Shown: positions 44,160 through 53,878 of the stretch, one piece after another | Position numbering within the stretch: the first letter of the stretch is position 1 | Layout of the letters: each line of letters begins with the position of its first letter | Source: a virus | Direction: 5' to 3' (one strand) | Length of the DNA: 64,000 nucleotides | Virus record (IMG/VR): IMGVR_UViG_3300033148_004740 | Coordinates: 62,473 to 126,472 of that record | Translations under genes and position numbers: made by a program | Notes under the pieces: generated by a model | The model's database searches: none | What the model saw: the letters and a program-made list of their open reading frames with translations, nothing else | What the model was told of the DNA's origin: nothing

Positions 44160-46118
44160 TTATGCATCCGACGCTCTAATAGCGGTAACGGAACCACCAC
44201 CAGAGCCTAGGGTACCCTGAGACTCGAAGGTCTTAATCGGGGTAGGCCCACCATCTCTTACTCGAATCCACAGTGTACGAGGAGAGTCATAAACCGTAGT
44301 AAACGACATGCTCGAAACAACCGCTGCCTTATCAAGGTACGAGATGAAGATGTTTTTACCTGCTGTTGAGTCATCTGGATCCAAGAAGTCATATCCACTG
44401 ATGGAGAAAGTAGAAGCAGCCCATGAGTAGTAGTTGATTCTACGATAAGTTAAGACATCAAGCTGAATACGAATGGTGCCAGCCGTTGGAGTATCGTCCG
44501 GAATCTGCGTCGTAGAAACAACAGCGTTTTCCGTGCCTGCGTCAAGAGTGGTGTCCAACACCATCTGATCCTTCTCGAAGTCAGCACCAGTATCCTTTGG
44601 TCCTACCAAGACATAGTCACCGGCAGTCAATCCATCAACTGTAAAGGTAACATTGTTAGGAGCAGGATTAGTGTCACCTTCAAGGTCCTGTACGGTATCT
44701 GGGAAGCTTAGGTCATCCTGATCTACGCCGATACCGAAGGCACCGATGAGAGAACCAGTAAACGCGCCCAAGAAGATCTTAGGAATAGTACGTGAAGTAG
44801 ATGCTCCATTTACATCAGCTGTGCAATCTGAGTCTCTTCCGCGAAGAGGAAGACCGGTTGCTGGAGCAACTCCAGAGATGAGCTGAATCCACAAAGTTCC
44901 CTCTGCTACGTTGTCATACAGAGCTAGAAGAACACCTTCTCCTCCATCCTTATCTCCATTGGTAACTGCTCCATCGACAGCCGCTGTGACGCCTGTAACA
45001 GCACCAGTAGAAACGCTCCACTCAGTCATTACTTCCGTAGTAGCAGGAGCCGCTGAGGTATCCTCGAGGGCTATTCTACAATCAGTACTGCCATTGTCGT
45101 ACAATACCTTTCCGGCATTACCGCCAGCAAATACGACGTAGTTTCCCTCAGCAAAGGTTCCACCAACTAGAGAAGTATAGGTAACATCAGTTCCCCATGT
45201 AATAATCTCTTGCTCCTGGAATGGGCCGCTAAGCTCATTGTTATAGTCAAACTCATGGGTAATACCAAGGAACAAGTCTCCAATAACACCATCAGTAGTT
45301 CTAGTCGTTCCACTACCCGTTAGTGCCTTAAGGTATTCATAGACACCCTTTAGCTGATCAGCTGAGCTATCTGCACCATAAGTCCACTTAGAATAGTAAG
45401 GCTGGTCACCATTACCATCATTGATGTCGATCAACTGATAGCCACCTGTTGGGGCCGCAGCTGATCCACCACTGTTGACAACATGGGTATATCCAGATAC
45501 CTCAAGCTGAGCAGTGTCGTTCTGTGCATCTGGAGTAGTCGAGACAGCAGCAACTGCTTCTCCTGTCCCTAGCTGCACATTAAAGAAGTCATATGTATCG
45601 CCCCAATGTCGGGCCTGGACACGGACCTTCTGCAAGTCAACGTCATGAGCGTTCTGGCGAGTCTTCACCAAAACACGCATGAGAATACCAGCAGTAGAGT
45701 CACCGTTGTATCCACCACCAGACTGGGTTCCCCAGAAAGGAACCGTGTCACTATCGTAGAAATCGTTATCCCTAACGATAGTAAGCTGGGTTACGCTGTT
45801 ATTTACAGCTCCAAGAACTCGTAGGCCAGAATAGATTGTTCCTCCACTGGCCTGCGTAATTGATCCTCCATACAAAAACTTAGCTGCATCATCGTCGATA
45901 TTGTAAGTTCCTAGGAGAGTGATGATCTGGTCCGTAATACGTTCAGACGGAGTGCTTGAAACGATATCGATCAGATCGTTACCACTTGTGCTCGCCGCTG
46001 GATCATCAGCCAAATCCTGAAGCCAACGGTGTAGTGCAAGAACGGTATAGTGTGTCGCTCCACTGACGTGGCGAATGTCGCCATTTACCGCAGCAGAAAA
46101 GTCGTCGCCAATAGCCAT
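44160..46118 (-). CDS. Virion accessory structural protein, 652 aa
   Basis: Gly/Thr/Asp-rich beta protein; GGGAG SD; in the accessory cassette between capsid and neck genes. Confidence 0.6.
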   Translation of the reverse strand: MAIGDDFSAAVNGDIRHVSGATHYTVLALHRWLQDLADDPAASTSGNDLIDIVSSTPSERITDQIITLLGTYNIDDDAAKFLYGGSITQASGGTIYSGLRVLGAVNNSVTQLTIVRDNDFYDSDTVPFWGTQSGGGYNGDSTAGILMRVLVKTRQNAHDVDLQKVRVQARHWGDTYDFFNVQLGTGEAVAAVSTTPDAQNDTAQLEVSGYTHVVNSGGSAAAPTGGYQLIDINDGNGDQPYYSKWTYGADSSADQLKGVYEYLKALTGSGTTRTTDGVIGDLFLGITHEFDYNNELSGPFQEQEIITWGTDVTYTSLVGGTFAEGNYVVFAGGNAGKVLYDNGSTDCRIALEDTSAAPATTEVMTEWSVSTGAVTGVTAAVDGAVTNGDKDGGEGVLLALYDNVAEGTLWIQLISGVAPATGLPLRGRDSDCTADVNGASTSRTIPKIFLGAFTGSLIGAFGIGVDQDDLSFPDTVQDLEGDTNPAPNNVTFTVDGLTAGDYVLVGPKDTGADFEKDQMVLDTTLDAGTENAVVSTTQIPDDTPTAGTIRIQLDVLTYRRINYYSWAASTFSISGYDFLDPDDSTAGKNIFISYLDKAAVVSSMSFTTVYDSPRTLWIRVRDGGPTPIKTFESQGTLGSGGGSVTAIRASDA

Positions 46119-46159
46119 TGTGTTTTACTCCCTGACCCCTCCACCGAGGCCTTCAAAAA

Positions 46160-46187
46160 AGAATATAGTGTTCGAAGTTAGTGTCAA
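46160..46187 (-). promoter_or_regulatory. Sigma70/SigA-like promoter candidate
   Basis: Minus strand TTGACA (46187-46182), 16-nt spacer, TATTCT (46165-46160), about 40 nt upstream of the 46118 start. Confidence 0.4.
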
Positions 46188-46198
46188 GTAAGAGTAAC

Positions 46199-46723
46199 TT
46201 AGTACGAGAAGGAACCGCGATTGTTCCAGATATGGACAAATGCCGCGTCTCCATTGGCATACTTCTTTAGTAGTTCTTCATCACCTGACTCAGACTCATC
46301 GAGCCTGAAAACTCGCCAAACTGCCGAGCTCGATGACGATCCCGGAGCAGCTTCTCCAATGTATGTATAGTCTCCATCTTCATCGAGCAATAGATCTAGT
46401 TTTGTTGCCACGTCATCTGCCCTCTGGAAATCTTCATAGATTTCCTCAATGAAAAGATAATTAGCCGAATAGTCAGCTGGAGCCTCTATGATTAGTGAGT
46501 CCCCTGACCACTCAAGGCCACTGCTCGTAATACCGTCGTATAAGTCTCTAGAATCTCTAATCTCTGTAGCCGTGAACTGACCTGAGGCCTCGAGCGGAAC
46601 ACCTTCCATCATCGAAGACATCTCGGTCCAGTCAACACCAGAAACTATGTTAACACCCAGGTCGAGGATTTCAACATCGATCCCAGTCCCTGCACTAGCA
46701 GTTCTTACGAATAAACGACCCAT
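46199..46723 (-). CDS. Virion accessory protein, 174 aa
   Basis: C-terminal YTYIGEAAPGS...AVWRVFRL...YANGDAAF.HIWNNR..FSY module recurrent in phage structural cassettes. Confidence 0.55.
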   Translation of the reverse strand: MGRLFVRTASAGTGIDVEILDLGVNIVSGVDWTEMSSMMEGVPLEASGQFTATEIRDSRDLYDGITSSGLEWSGDSLIIEAPADYSANYLFIEEIYEDFQRADDVATKLDLLLDEDGDYTYIGEAAPGSSSSSAVWRVFRLDESESGDEELLKKYANGDAAFVHIWNNRGSFSY

Positions 46724-47241
46724 TAGAGACTATCATTCCTCCAAGCAATTTGTATCCAGACAACTGGATCTCTGACTCCAAAGACACCAGTTGTCTCTGC
46801 GTATATCTGGATGTAGTCCCCTGCAGCAAAATCAACGTCTATGTCAGTATCATGATCACCAGCACTTGCGGCAATAGCTAGGCTGGCAAGATCAGTGGCA
46901 CTGTCATTCTTTCGTATCTGTACGGTCCATGTCTCAGCTGTGCGAGTCTGGGCTGCTATCGCTATAAGAGTAGCATCGCGTGGCAGCCTATATCCACTAA
47001 CTCCGAGCTCTAGTCCGTCCCAAGTGCTCAGATACCTGTTCTTCGCCCTACCTGCGCTTGCTACTCCAAAGGTAGCTCGATCAGCACTGAGCCACTTAGA
47101 CCTACTTGTATCCTCATACCAGAGAACTCCGTCTGCTTGCCAGAGCCCAGAGACTGTAACCCCGGCGCTGCCAGTGTCGTCAATACCAAGGATCTCATGC
47201 TCAATGATGTGATCCGCTATAGAGTCTGGACTGACTGGCAT
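46723..47241 (-). CDS. Virion accessory beta-sandwich protein, 172 aa
   Basis: TAATG coupling on both sides; GVLWYEDTSRSKWLS and GYRLPRDATLIAI...WTVQIRKN fibre-tip-like pattern. Confidence 0.5.
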   Translation of the reverse strand: MPVSPDSIADHIIEHEILGIDDTGSAGVTVSGLWQADGVLWYEDTSRSKWLSADRATFGVASAGRAKNRYLSTWDGLELGVSGYRLPRDATLIAIAAQTRTAETWTVQIRKNDSATDLASLAIAASAGDHDTDIDVDFAAGDYIQIYAETTGVFGVRDPVVWIQIAWRNDSL

Positions 47242-47588
47242 TACAGAGTATCCCCAATCATTGCTCCGACTGTACGGAACGAGATCTCTACATCATTATA
47301 GCCTGTGTTCTGCGCAGGCCAGGTAGCAGTGAGGTGATCTCCAGAATCGTCAGTGAGAGTAGTAAAGTCACCCATAACTAAGATAGAAGCAACTACGCGG
47401 GTTCCTACCCCAAGATAGAGTAGAGTACGCTTGCTTGTAGGATGTGCAGAGAAATGGAACTTGGTAGCTGAAATCTTGCGTGTTTCTGCAACAACCGCAA
47501 TGTTATCTATTGCGATAACTTTACCAGCTGAGTTTTTGTAGATCCTCATCGCAGAACCGATCTGACGAGAGTTAGCGTGAGCAGCCAT
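47241..47588 (-). CDS. Hypothetical protein, 115 aa
   Basis: AAGGAGG SD; tiles the operon; no motif. Confidence 0.65.
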   Translation of the reverse strand: MAAHANSRQIGSAMRIYKNSAGKVIAIDNIAVVAETRKISATKFHFSAHPTSKRTLLYLGVGTRVVASILVMGDFTTLTDDSGDHLTATWPAQNTGYNDVEISFRTVGAMIGDTL

Positions 47589-47598
47589 AGGAACCTCC

Positions 47599-48345
47599 TT
47601 AGACCTTGATCTTCAGCCGATTCCCTTCTACAGTCAGCTCCTTGGCTAGCTCGCCATGCGCGTTCGCAGATGCACCAGGATGGTCTGTCGCAGGTATAGT
47701 CTCTACAGTGACGTTATCATCAGTGATTGAGTCAGAGTCCAGATTCTTGTTGAACTCTACTACTATCTCTTCTATGTCGACATCATTCTGCACAGAATGA
47801 TCAGCTGGAATAGTCTTCCCTATGGTAAGGGGAGTCTGTGAAGCCAGCTGTGATAGAGCCTGAGGAGAGGCAGCAAGAATTGAGCTCGAGATGTTACTCG
47901 GGAGCTCCTCAATAGAACCAGTTCCTGTCTCAAAACTCCAGGTTACCGAACCGGTAAGAGTATTTCCGTCTGCATCCAGTGTCTCTCCAATGAAAGCAGT
48001 ATACAGAGTCAGGGGAGCCATAGGGTTAGTTGGAGAGAATGTCAGCTCTGTACTAACACCTGAGACTGTTACAAAGCTGAATGTTCCCTGAACAATGCCT
48101 GTGTAGCCAGGAGACTGGAGAAAGTCGTCCAAATCCCCTTGTGAGATATTGCTTGGGTCAATGAGCTCGGCCATAAAGGGGCCAACGAACTGGTCCGTAT
48201 CAGGCCCCTGCAGAAAGAAATCTTCTTCAAGCCGGTCAGTATCCATCTCGATACTAAACTGGACTGTGACCTCACTCTGCAAAGGAATGGATACCCCAGA
48301 TGCAGGAGGGAAATAATCAGAGATAACGTCAATGAGGTCGGCCAT
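47599..48345 (-). CDS. Tandem Ig-like (Big_5/SbsA-type) domain capsid accessory protein
   Basis: Two copies of 'P.....V.....I.V.F...(M/L)D': FPPASGVSIPLQSEVTVQFSIEMD and IPADHSVQNDVDIEEIVVEFNKNLD; LTFSPTNPMAPLTLYT. Confidence 0.7.
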   Translation of the reverse strand: MADLIDVISDYFPPASGVSIPLQSEVTVQFSIEMDTDRLEEDFFLQGPDTDQFVGPFMAELIDPSNISQGDLDDFLQSPGYTGIVQGTFSFVTVSGVSTELTFSPTNPMAPLTLYTAFIGETLDADGNTLTGSVTWSFETGTGSIEELPSNISSSILAASPQALSQLASQTPLTIGKTIPADHSVQNDVDIEEIVVEFNKNLDSDSITDDNVTVETIPATDHPGASANAHGELAKELTVEGNRLKIKV

Positions 48346-48354
48346 TTGTGGCTA

Positions 48355-48978
48355 TTATTCCTCGAGAGTTGGATTTAGAACAATTTGCTCTACTTCCGAT
48401 TCTACTATATCTGATAGCTGTGTCGACACAGCTGCAACACGATCTTGGGCATGAATACCCGCCATATCTGAAAGATCAGAAGCTCCTACTCGATCAGTCA
48501 CCTGTTTCTCATGTCCCTTGATAATCTGCTCGAGCATCGCTATTACTTTCTTTCGTGCCTTCTTTGATTTTTCAATCTCAAGGAGCTTACGAAGTTCTCC
48601 CATTCTGAGAGTTGGGAGGGCGGCTTTGATGGTAGGAATCCGTCCCGAAAGAAGCTTGCGAAGCTGTTTGGCACTCTCTTCCTGAGTCTCCTGAGGGGAC
48701 TTAGAAATAGGCTTTGCAGGATCGATTGGAGGTGGAGGAGAAGCCAGTGGAGCATACCCTTGCGCGCTGGCAGGAGCTTCCTGTCCGTGCCTTTTAAGCT
48801 CGCTCTCGTCATCAACGACGAGAACATTCTGCCTCCAATTGTAAAGGATTTGTTCGATCTGATCCTGAGAAAAGTTTTTCAACTCAATCTCTTTAGGACC
48901 AGGATCATCATACGAAAACGATAGTGGGCCAATAAACAACATAGATCTTCTATTTCTGTCTGCTAGAGCTACTTTCAT
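48355..48978 (-). CDS. Post-capsid hypothetical protein with a small helical motif
   Basis: Start moved from 49029 to ATG 48978 (GGGAG SD; the longer start runs through the terminator). LRKLLEIEKSKKARKKVIAML motif is common in genes following the MCP. Confidence 0.65.
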   Translation of the reverse strand: MKVALADRNRRSMLFIGPLSFSYDDPGPKEIELKNFSQDQIEQILYNWRQNVLVVDDESELKRHGQEAPASAQGYAPLASPPPPIDPAKPISKSPQETQEESAKQLRKLLSGRIPTIKAALPTLRMGELRKLLEIEKSKKARKKVIAMLEQIIKGHEKQVTDRVGASDLSDMAGIHAQDRVAAVSTQLSDIVESEVEQIVLNPTLEE

Positions 48979-48994
48979 GTAGTTCTCCCTTCTA

Positions 48995-49027
48995 GATAAA
49001 AGAATGGGGAGGTTGCCCTCCCCATTC
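48995..49027 (-). terminator. Rho-independent terminator after the major capsid gene
   Basis: Minus strand GAATGGGGAGG-GCAA-CCTCCCCATTC-TTTTAT: perfect 11-bp stem, GNRA tetraloop, U-tract. Confidence 0.85.
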
Positions 49028-49060
49028 ATTATATTAGCTATTCGCTAATCTTACTAGAGA

Positions 49061-50290
49061 TTAGCTCAAAACGCTATCAGTTGCACCAATCTTCTCGATG
49101 CTACCAGAAACACTGATTGTGGTCTGTGCCGGTAGAACGATTTCGTTTGGTACCACATGGACGTTCTTCAGCGTTGCGATTGCCATACCCTCATTGAGGA
49201 TTCCGATCGCATAACGTTCACGCATCTTGATCTTCTTGATGTCTACGCGTGGGTCATCAAACTCTTCAGTCATCAGATCCTCATCGACAATCAGAACGCC
49301 AAGCTCTGATGAGTCGAACATGTAGATATCAGTCAGCTTAGTTGCGGGATCGTATGGAACGAATGGGCTAACGATAATCCTAAATGGAATGTTCATATAG
49401 CCCGGCAACTGCGGTGCCGAATTGAGTGTCTGTGGATAGTCAGCTAGTGGGCTGGCTTGGTCTCCAGATGCTGCATCTGGAGGCGTAATCAGCTGTCCGC
49501 CTGACATTCCTAGACCGCCCTGACTAGAGCTGTCCCATGGGGCACGCCCCGCAGGATTTCCAGTCCAAGTAGCGAAGAAGGTTCCGCCGCCGTTATTAAG
49601 AACGAACGCACGGAGAGTCGCATCCTTCACAAACATAACCCAAGTCAAGGGATGCATAAGCAGTGTGTTAGGGAAGAATCCCTGGGTAATGATCTGAGCA
49701 TAAGCATCAAATAGATCGTCCATAGTGACGGCTCCATTTCCTGCTCCACTTATATCACGTCCCGTACACACGCCCCTGACAGAGGCTGCTGGTGTGACGT
49801 TATCGAAAACGGGCACACCCATCGCACGGATGTAGTTAAAGATCTTGACCTCTTTATGACGGGCCAATGCGCGTCCTGCCGCACGTAGATGCATACCAAT
49901 TACGTCGAACTGCGAGTACCTGATCATTTCCTCAGTGATCTTCACTGCGAGACCAGTCTTCCCGATAGTTGCCGTAACTGTGCTTCCACCCATCTGTAGG
50001 CTGCGCTCTGGGTACTCTTGACCCTCAGCAACATCTGCTGCTACTAGAGCTCCTACAGCTGGGAAAGTGATTGTCTGTCCGTAAGAATAGTTGATTCTCT
50101 GGAGCAGGCTAGTACCAACTAGAAGGGGCTCTTGAGCTTCCTTCACGATGTTGGAAATCACCTTCGGCATAAGCATTGGTGCATTGGGAACCGAAAGAGC
50201 ATCCTCGAGCTTTATTTCAGTGCCATCCTCGAGTCGGCCGTTATTTCGCCACATGAACTCGAGTTGTCTGGCGTCTTTAAATTCGAGCAT
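49061..50290 (-). CDS. Major capsid protein (HK97 fold)
   Basis: 409 aa after protease and decoration genes; AADVAEGQEYPE...KTGLAVKITEEMIRYSQFDVI...GRALAR...LLMHP...IIVSPFVP...ERYAIGILN; AGGAGG SD; followed by a strong terminator. Confidence 0.92.
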   Translation of the reverse strand: MLEFKDARQLEFMWRNNGRLEDGTEIKLEDALSVPNAPMLMPKVISNIVKEAQEPLLVGTSLLQRINYSYGQTITFPAVGALVAADVAEGQEYPERSLQMGGSTVTATIGKTGLAVKITEEMIRYSQFDVIGMHLRAAGRALARHKEVKIFNYIRAMGVPVFDNVTPAASVRGVCTGRDISGAGNGAVTMDDLFDAYAQIITQGFFPNTLLMHPLTWVMFVKDATLRAFVLNNGGGTFFATWTGNPAGRAPWDSSSQGGLGMSGGQLITPPDAASGDQASPLADYPQTLNSAPQLPGYMNIPFRIIVSPFVPYDPATKLTDIYMFDSSELGVLIVDEDLMTEEFDDPRVDIKKIKMRERYAIGILNEGMAIATLKNVHVVPNEIVLPAQTTISVSGSIEKIGATDSVLS

Positions 50291-50312
50291 TGTCTCGGTT
50301 ACCTCCTATAAA

Positions 50313-51560
50313 TTACCTGGAAATCAGGTTGATCCTTACGACCAGGTCTGCTGCACCTGCGTAATGTACCTTGTCAGATACACCACCAGTAGCTGAGCCA
50401 GGCATCTGGTCCATCTGTCCAGCATAAGCTGGCAGGGAACCGGAAGCATCTGTGCCCAGACTTGGATACGCTGTACGTACCCTATCAAGAGCATCCTTGC
50501 CCTTGACGTTCTCAACTTCTAGTACCTGGCCAACAATGTCAGCATGGGTGTCGAAGTTGTCCGTTTGTGAAGCGCCATAGGTCTTTGGGACTGCAACAAC
50601 GAAGTTGGAGTCGACATTGGCCTTAACGAAATCACCAGCGGAGAGATCTCCGAGAGCAGAACAGAATCTACTAACGTTCGAGCCAGTTGGAGCTGATCCA
50701 TAGTGGCTGTAACTCAGAGTGTAGAGATTGCCCGCGCCTAGAGAGTTATCGGCGAAGCAACTAACCACACCAGTGGTGAGGTTAATATACCAGTCGCCCT
50801 TAGCAGATATTTCTGCTAGTGCATCCTTTTGGATTACAAAGCGCTCATCTGAATCTGACAGAATTCCGTCAGCCCACGTTAGTGGAGTGCGTGCCGTGTT
50901 GGTTGCAACAGGCAGATTGTCCACTGCAGTAAAGGTAGAGACATTGCTTGCAAAAGAACTTTGGTCCATATTCTCTGTTGATGCCGATGCCGGCACCAAA
51001 GGAACCTCTAGCACGTAGTCACAAAGAATTGCGACCTGATGCTGTAGGTTATAGTTGTGCTGACGGAGCCCAGCTGGGTTAAAGCCGTCATCAAATGCAC
51101 TCGAGTCACCTGCCCACTGCCAGAAAGCGTACGGAGCAACTCCGACCATCTTGCTGACTGAAAGGGCAATGCCCGCACGACCCATGAAGTGATAAGTGCT
51201 GCCTTCGACCTGCGACAGGGTAACCGTGCCAATGGCGCCGATTAGTAATACTACTCCTGTTCGAATATCGATGACACCTGAGTTAACATCATTTGCCGTA
51301 TAAACAATGGTCGCGCCAGAGACACCTAGGCCTGCTGGAACCAAATAACCATCATTTTCAAATGCCAGGGGTTTACCCGGCATAATTACGAACCAGTCCT
51401 CAAAGAACTTATCGTAAAATTGTACTGGAAGCCACGAAGCTGGCCTGAATTCACCATGTGGGCGAATACCCTCAGAATGTTCAACCTGAGGGATAATATT
51501 ACCCACGTGATCCCAGGACTTATGGCTCGCAGCGTATCTTCCCAGACTGTCGAAAGCCAT
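50313..51560 (-). CDS. Capsid decoration/cement protein
   Basis: Between protease/scaffold and MCP; AGGAGG SD; IMPGKPLAF...GYLVPAG and GDFVK.N.DSNFV...IVGQVL beta-tulip-like patterns. Confidence 0.6.
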   Translation of the reverse strand: MAFDSLGRYAASHKSWDHVGNIIPQVEHSEGIRPHGEFRPASWLPVQFYDKFFEDWFVIMPGKPLAFENDGYLVPAGLGVSGATIVYTANDVNSGVIDIRTGVVLLIGAIGTVTLSQVEGSTYHFMGRAGIALSVSKMVGVAPYAFWQWAGDSSAFDDGFNPAGLRQHNYNLQHQVAILCDYVLEVPLVPASASTENMDQSSFASNVSTFTAVDNLPVATNTARTPLTWADGILSDSDERFVIQKDALAEISAKGDWYINLTTGVVSCFADNSLGAGNLYTLSYSHYGSAPTGSNVSRFCSALGDLSAGDFVKANVDSNFVVAVPKTYGASQTDNFDTHADIVGQVLEVENVKGKDALDRVRTAYPSLGTDASGSLPAYAGQMDQMPGSATGGVSDKVHYAGAADLVVRINLISR

Positions 51561-51581
51561 TGATACTTTCCTCCTACTTTA

Positions 51582-53834
51582 TTAACTCCTCATGTTGGGC
51601 TCAATATGCCCTTCGGCAATAGCCCAATCAATGAGGCTGTTTGCTTCTCCCTGCTTTCCGGAAAAGACCAGACGGTAGACGCGATTCTGGAATTTTGCCT
51701 TCTCTTCAGGAGAAAATCTCTTCTGATTGGTTGGAGTGTTTTGTTCCGCGTTGTCGGAAACCTCAAGGGGACTTTCTACTGTTTCAGTAGGTACCCTTGA
51801 CATTCCATCCCCAAGCTTATCAGCTATCTTAGTCATGTCAACATCTCGCTCGAGTCTCTCGACATCGGCCGACAAGTCAGCATCAGATAGCTTAGTGAAG
51901 TCTGTCTCAGACACAGAACCTTCCTTGACTACCTTTAGAACACCAAAGAATCGTTCCTTCATCTTGCGACTATCGGCAACGAATTCGGTGTGGGCATCTT
52001 GGAGTGAGTCCATATCCTTGAATAGACTATTGTACTCTTTGCGCAACGCATCTAGCTCATCACGGAGCTCACAGATAGTCTCCTCATTGCGAACGACCTC
52101 ATCTGCGAGAGCCTGTTCACATGAAGGAGCAACTGCTAGCTCATTAGCAACTACTGCATTGGTAATGTTTTCCTTTCCTACTAGAGCCACAAGGGCAATA
52201 AGAACTGACTTGAGAGCTTCAAGATCGTCACCCTCAAAAGGTGTTTCCTCAAGACCCGCCGCTATGTCCTTATCAATCCCAGCAATAGCAGACTGAACCT
52301 GTGCCAAAAGAGCTTTATGATCAACTGGCTTAGCTTCGGTCGATGTTGCATCCTCTAGCTTCCAGCCATGAGCTCGACCTTTTCTTTCCACATTTCCCTT
52401 GAGAATGGAAAGATCAATTACTTCACTATGTCGATCAACGAACCTTAGAACTGCACGATAGTGAAACTCATCTGGAACAGGGAAGCTGCGATTTGGACCA
52501 CAGAAAACAGATAGAGGAAAAGCTCCCCTCTGTTCTGCAGTAGCTACAAATTCAGCTTGCGCGCCGCTCGAGTCATCCTGAGACCCTTCGGTGTTGTCCC
52601 CAAGTTCTTCCTCGGAGACTTTATCTATAGGAACCATTTCTCTAATGACCAGGTCATAGAGGCGTGGCTCATCTTCCTCGGTCAGCTTTTCGCTCAGGGT
52701 TGAAAAGACACGAGTAAGAAAATCTGCATCGGTTTCGACGGCATCTTCAACTTCCTCGATCTGTTCGTCAGTCGCCTGAACTTCTTCATCAGCTGGCTTA
52801 GGAGTTTCTTCTTCTTCAACAGAATCTTGGACCTGAGTCTGATCAACAACTTCTGCCTTCTTTTTCTTCCCGGCCATCTTTGTTTCCTCCTGCATAGTAT
52901 CCTCATCATATTGAGGGAAGCTTAGCTGCACCTCATAGAGAGGACCACGAAAATCTTGTGCGATCTCGATCTTTTGTACTGAGTCATTGTAGTGTAGCTC
53001 CAAAACCTTAGAGTGTCTATCGGCTGGAGCGTTAACAAAGGAGTATTCATCATAGTCCAGGCGACCAGCAATAATGAAGCATTTAGCTCCATCGTACAAA
53101 GCTCCTGGCTGATGCTCACAAGGACCTCCTTCTGTCCAATCCTGGCGGCAAACAGAACAGATAGCCTGATCTGTAGTAGCTCCGACAGAACCAGTCAAAT
53201 AGCGGCCATCCATCAGTTTCTGAATAGCCTCTGGGTCCACGACATCTCCGACCAACTGGATAAATCCAAGGCCAGAATAGCCCTCATCCTCTAGTAACAC
53301 ACTATCTCGGAACAAGGAAACCACTGTGTCGACCTGCATCCCATGAGGCATGCGACCTTCACAGAAGTCCTTAATAAGGAGCTCGTTGATGACCCCCTTC
53401 TTTCTTCCGCTTCTGTCCTTAACGACAATGCCCTTTACGAGGTCAAAATTGTCATGAAGAGCCCCAGACGTGTCGATATAGTCTGCCTTAACAATACGGC
53501 CGATGCTATCTTCTCGATCATTGTGATGGAGCAATAAGGGCTTGCCATAGTCTTCGGTAAAAGAGGGGGCGCCCTTTGACATTTTATCAGGCAAGTAAAA
53601 ACCATTGTTGCGAGTAATGATACCAGAGTGGGTTGCTGCGATACGGACTAGGAGACCTCGAGCAACAGATTGATCTTGTGCTCCAGGTTCCTGAGTTCCT
53701 AAGCCGCTTCCGTGTAGCTCCTCTCCTTCATTCGATGGCTTAAATGCGCCATAGTAATCGTCCTTAACCTTAATCAAGGCACGATTAGTGAGGGAAAAAG
53801 AAACAACGTCATTGAACTTTAATTTGTTACCCAC
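51582..53834 (-). CDS. Prohead protease fused to a scaffold
   Basis: GTG start with AAGGAG; ATHSG..TRNNGFY, PLLLHHN, IGRI, YLTGSVG, CSVC...CEHQPG, EYSFVNAPAD; acidic linker and C-terminal coiled coil. Confidence 0.85.
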   Translation of the reverse strand: MGNKLKFNDVVSFSLTNRALIKVKDDYYGAFKPSNEGEELHGSGLGTQEPGAQDQSVARGLLVRIAATHSGIITRNNGFYLPDKMSKGAPSFTEDYGKPLLLHHNDREDSIGRIVKADYIDTSGALHDNFDLVKGIVVKDRSGRKKGVINELLIKDFCEGRMPHGMQVDTVVSLFRDSVLLEDEGYSGLGFIQLVGDVVDPEAIQKLMDGRYLTGSVGATTDQAICSVCRQDWTEGGPCEHQPGALYDGAKCFIIAGRLDYDEYSFVNAPADRHSKVLELHYNDSVQKIEIAQDFRGPLYEVQLSFPQYDEDTMQEETKMAGKKKKAEVVDQTQVQDSVEEEETPKPADEEVQATDEQIEEVEDAVETDADFLTRVFSTLSEKLTEEDEPRLYDLVIREMVPIDKVSEEELGDNTEGSQDDSSGAQAEFVATAEQRGAFPLSVFCGPNRSFPVPDEFHYRAVLRFVDRHSEVIDLSILKGNVERKGRAHGWKLEDATSTEAKPVDHKALLAQVQSAIAGIDKDIAAGLEETPFEGDDLEALKSVLIALVALVGKENITNAVVANELAVAPSCEQALADEVVRNEETICELRDELDALRKEYNSLFKDMDSLQDAHTEFVADSRKMKERFFGVLKVVKEGSVSETDFTKLSDADLSADVERLERDVDMTKIADKLGDGMSRVPTETVESPLEVSDNAEQNTPTNQKRFSPEEKAKFQNRVYRLVFSGKQGEANSLIDWAIAEGHIEPNMRS

Positions 53835-53878
53835 CTTTATCTCTCCTTGAGTGATGTTGTACTTTTGTGCATAGTAAT

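Noticed and set aside
37186-49034. ATATAATG at 37186-37193 and 49027-49034 as a shared late promoter
   Set aside because: Only two copies, no shared upstream element, and the 49027 copy runs directly into the terminator hairpin.
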